Shown piece after piece: positions 33,180 to 34,458 of a stretch of DNA of 34,458 bases; the first letter of the stretch is position 1, and each line of letters opens with the position of its first letter. The stretch is from the NCBI RefSeq assembly GCF_006345805.1, contig NW_021831680.1:1-34458 (forward strand), written 5' to 3'. This DNA is from Octopus sinensis. Taxonomy: Eukaryota. A program made the position numbers and the translations under genes. The notes beneath the pieces are model-generated. The model saw only the letters and a program-made list of their open reading frames with translations. It made no database searches and was not told where the DNA came from.

Positions 33180-33633
33180 ACACACACACACACTCACACA
33201 CGCACACACACACACACACTCACACACATACACACGCATGTACACGCATACACGCACAGACATACACACATGCAGGCTCACACGCGTACACTTCTTCATA
33301 TATCTACGTGTGAGTATATGCGTGTGTTTGTAAGCCTGTACTAAATTGTATACAGATAGATATTGAATTAGGTATAAATAGGTATAAGTTATTTCTAAAT
33401 ATGTATACTTTTACACATGTCCATATGTATAGAAGCACATTTATGCGTGCGTGTTTCAGTTAGTATATCTATACGTAGGTGTGTTTGTATCTTGTGGCTA
33501 CAGCTCTTTCTGATTATGTTTCTGCGTGTGTATGTGTGTATACATATATACATACATATATATACACACACATATATATGTAAATATATACATATATAAA
33601 CACATATATATACACGCATATACATACATACAG

Positions 33634-33666
<33 letters not shown>

Positions 33667-33711
33667 CATACATAATGCATACACACACACGCACACACAC
33701 ATATGTATCAA

Positions 33712-33791
<80 letters not shown>

Positions 33792-33815
33792 ATATATATA
33801 TACACACACACACAC

Positions 33816-33847
<32 letters not shown>

Positions 33848-33942
33848 ATATGTGTGTAGATTGAGAGAGAGATACACAGATAGATAGGTGAATGTATAGA
33901 TATATGTATGTCGGTATATACATATATTTATATACATAATAT

Positions 33943-34017
<75 letters not shown>

Positions 34018-34070
34018 ATGTATGTATGTATGCATGTATATTATATATATATACACGCATAACACATATC
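33180..34070. repeat. Compound (CA)/(TA)/(ATCT)/(TG) microsatellite field
   Basis: Read directly. Confidence 0.9.
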
Positions 34071-34458
34071 TAGAGGTAGGGAGCAGGCGTCGATGATAAA
34101 AATGCAATTATATTAATAACTGACAATGTAATTAAAAGTATCAACTTATTGCAGCAGAGACGTTGTGGTGATTATTGTTGTCATCACTATTATTGTTGTT
34201 GTTGTTGTTGTTTCTGTCTTCCTTGCTGTCATTCTTGATAATATTCTTCTTGTTCTTGTTGGTGATGTTATCGCTCTGCTGCTCTGGATGTTGCTGTTTA
34301 TGATGCTGGTTGTTTTTCTCTGATAACGTTCATTCAATACAATTGTATGACGCCTCTTATAGAATTCTATACCCATCCCACCCACCGTATAGAATTACAC
34401 CACGAAAGGAAACTCATTTCTGGATTCTATATATGAGTAAATATATACTTTGCTGCTT

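Overview
Repeat-saturated, AT-rich metazoan non-coding DNA. The SINE families and very high microsatellite density suggest an octopus (Octopodidae) genome; this is recognition from memory, not a database result. No host protein-coding exon, RNA gene or CRISPR array can be supported, and almost every ORF in the track is an artefact of (TA)n, (CA)n, (AG)n or trinucleotide repeats. The one ORF with real protein signal (30304..30930) is the restriction-like endonuclease end of a 5'-truncated R4/Dong-clade non-LTR retrotransposon sitting inside a (TAA)n tract. The window also holds about 20 copies or fragments of four tRNA-derived SINE families (labelled A-D here) and an older decayed R4-like LINE. 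DNA-type elements include a complete 515-bp non-autonomous Helitron nested in a mariner-type MITE, a second Tc1/mariner MITE, a mariner transposase 5' fragment and a 280-bp foldback element. Less familiar structures are a degenerate 57/50-bp higher-order minisatellite, hammerhead-ribozyme core motifs and several palindromes that look template-switch derived. SINE boundaries are by eye and may be off by about 10 bp.
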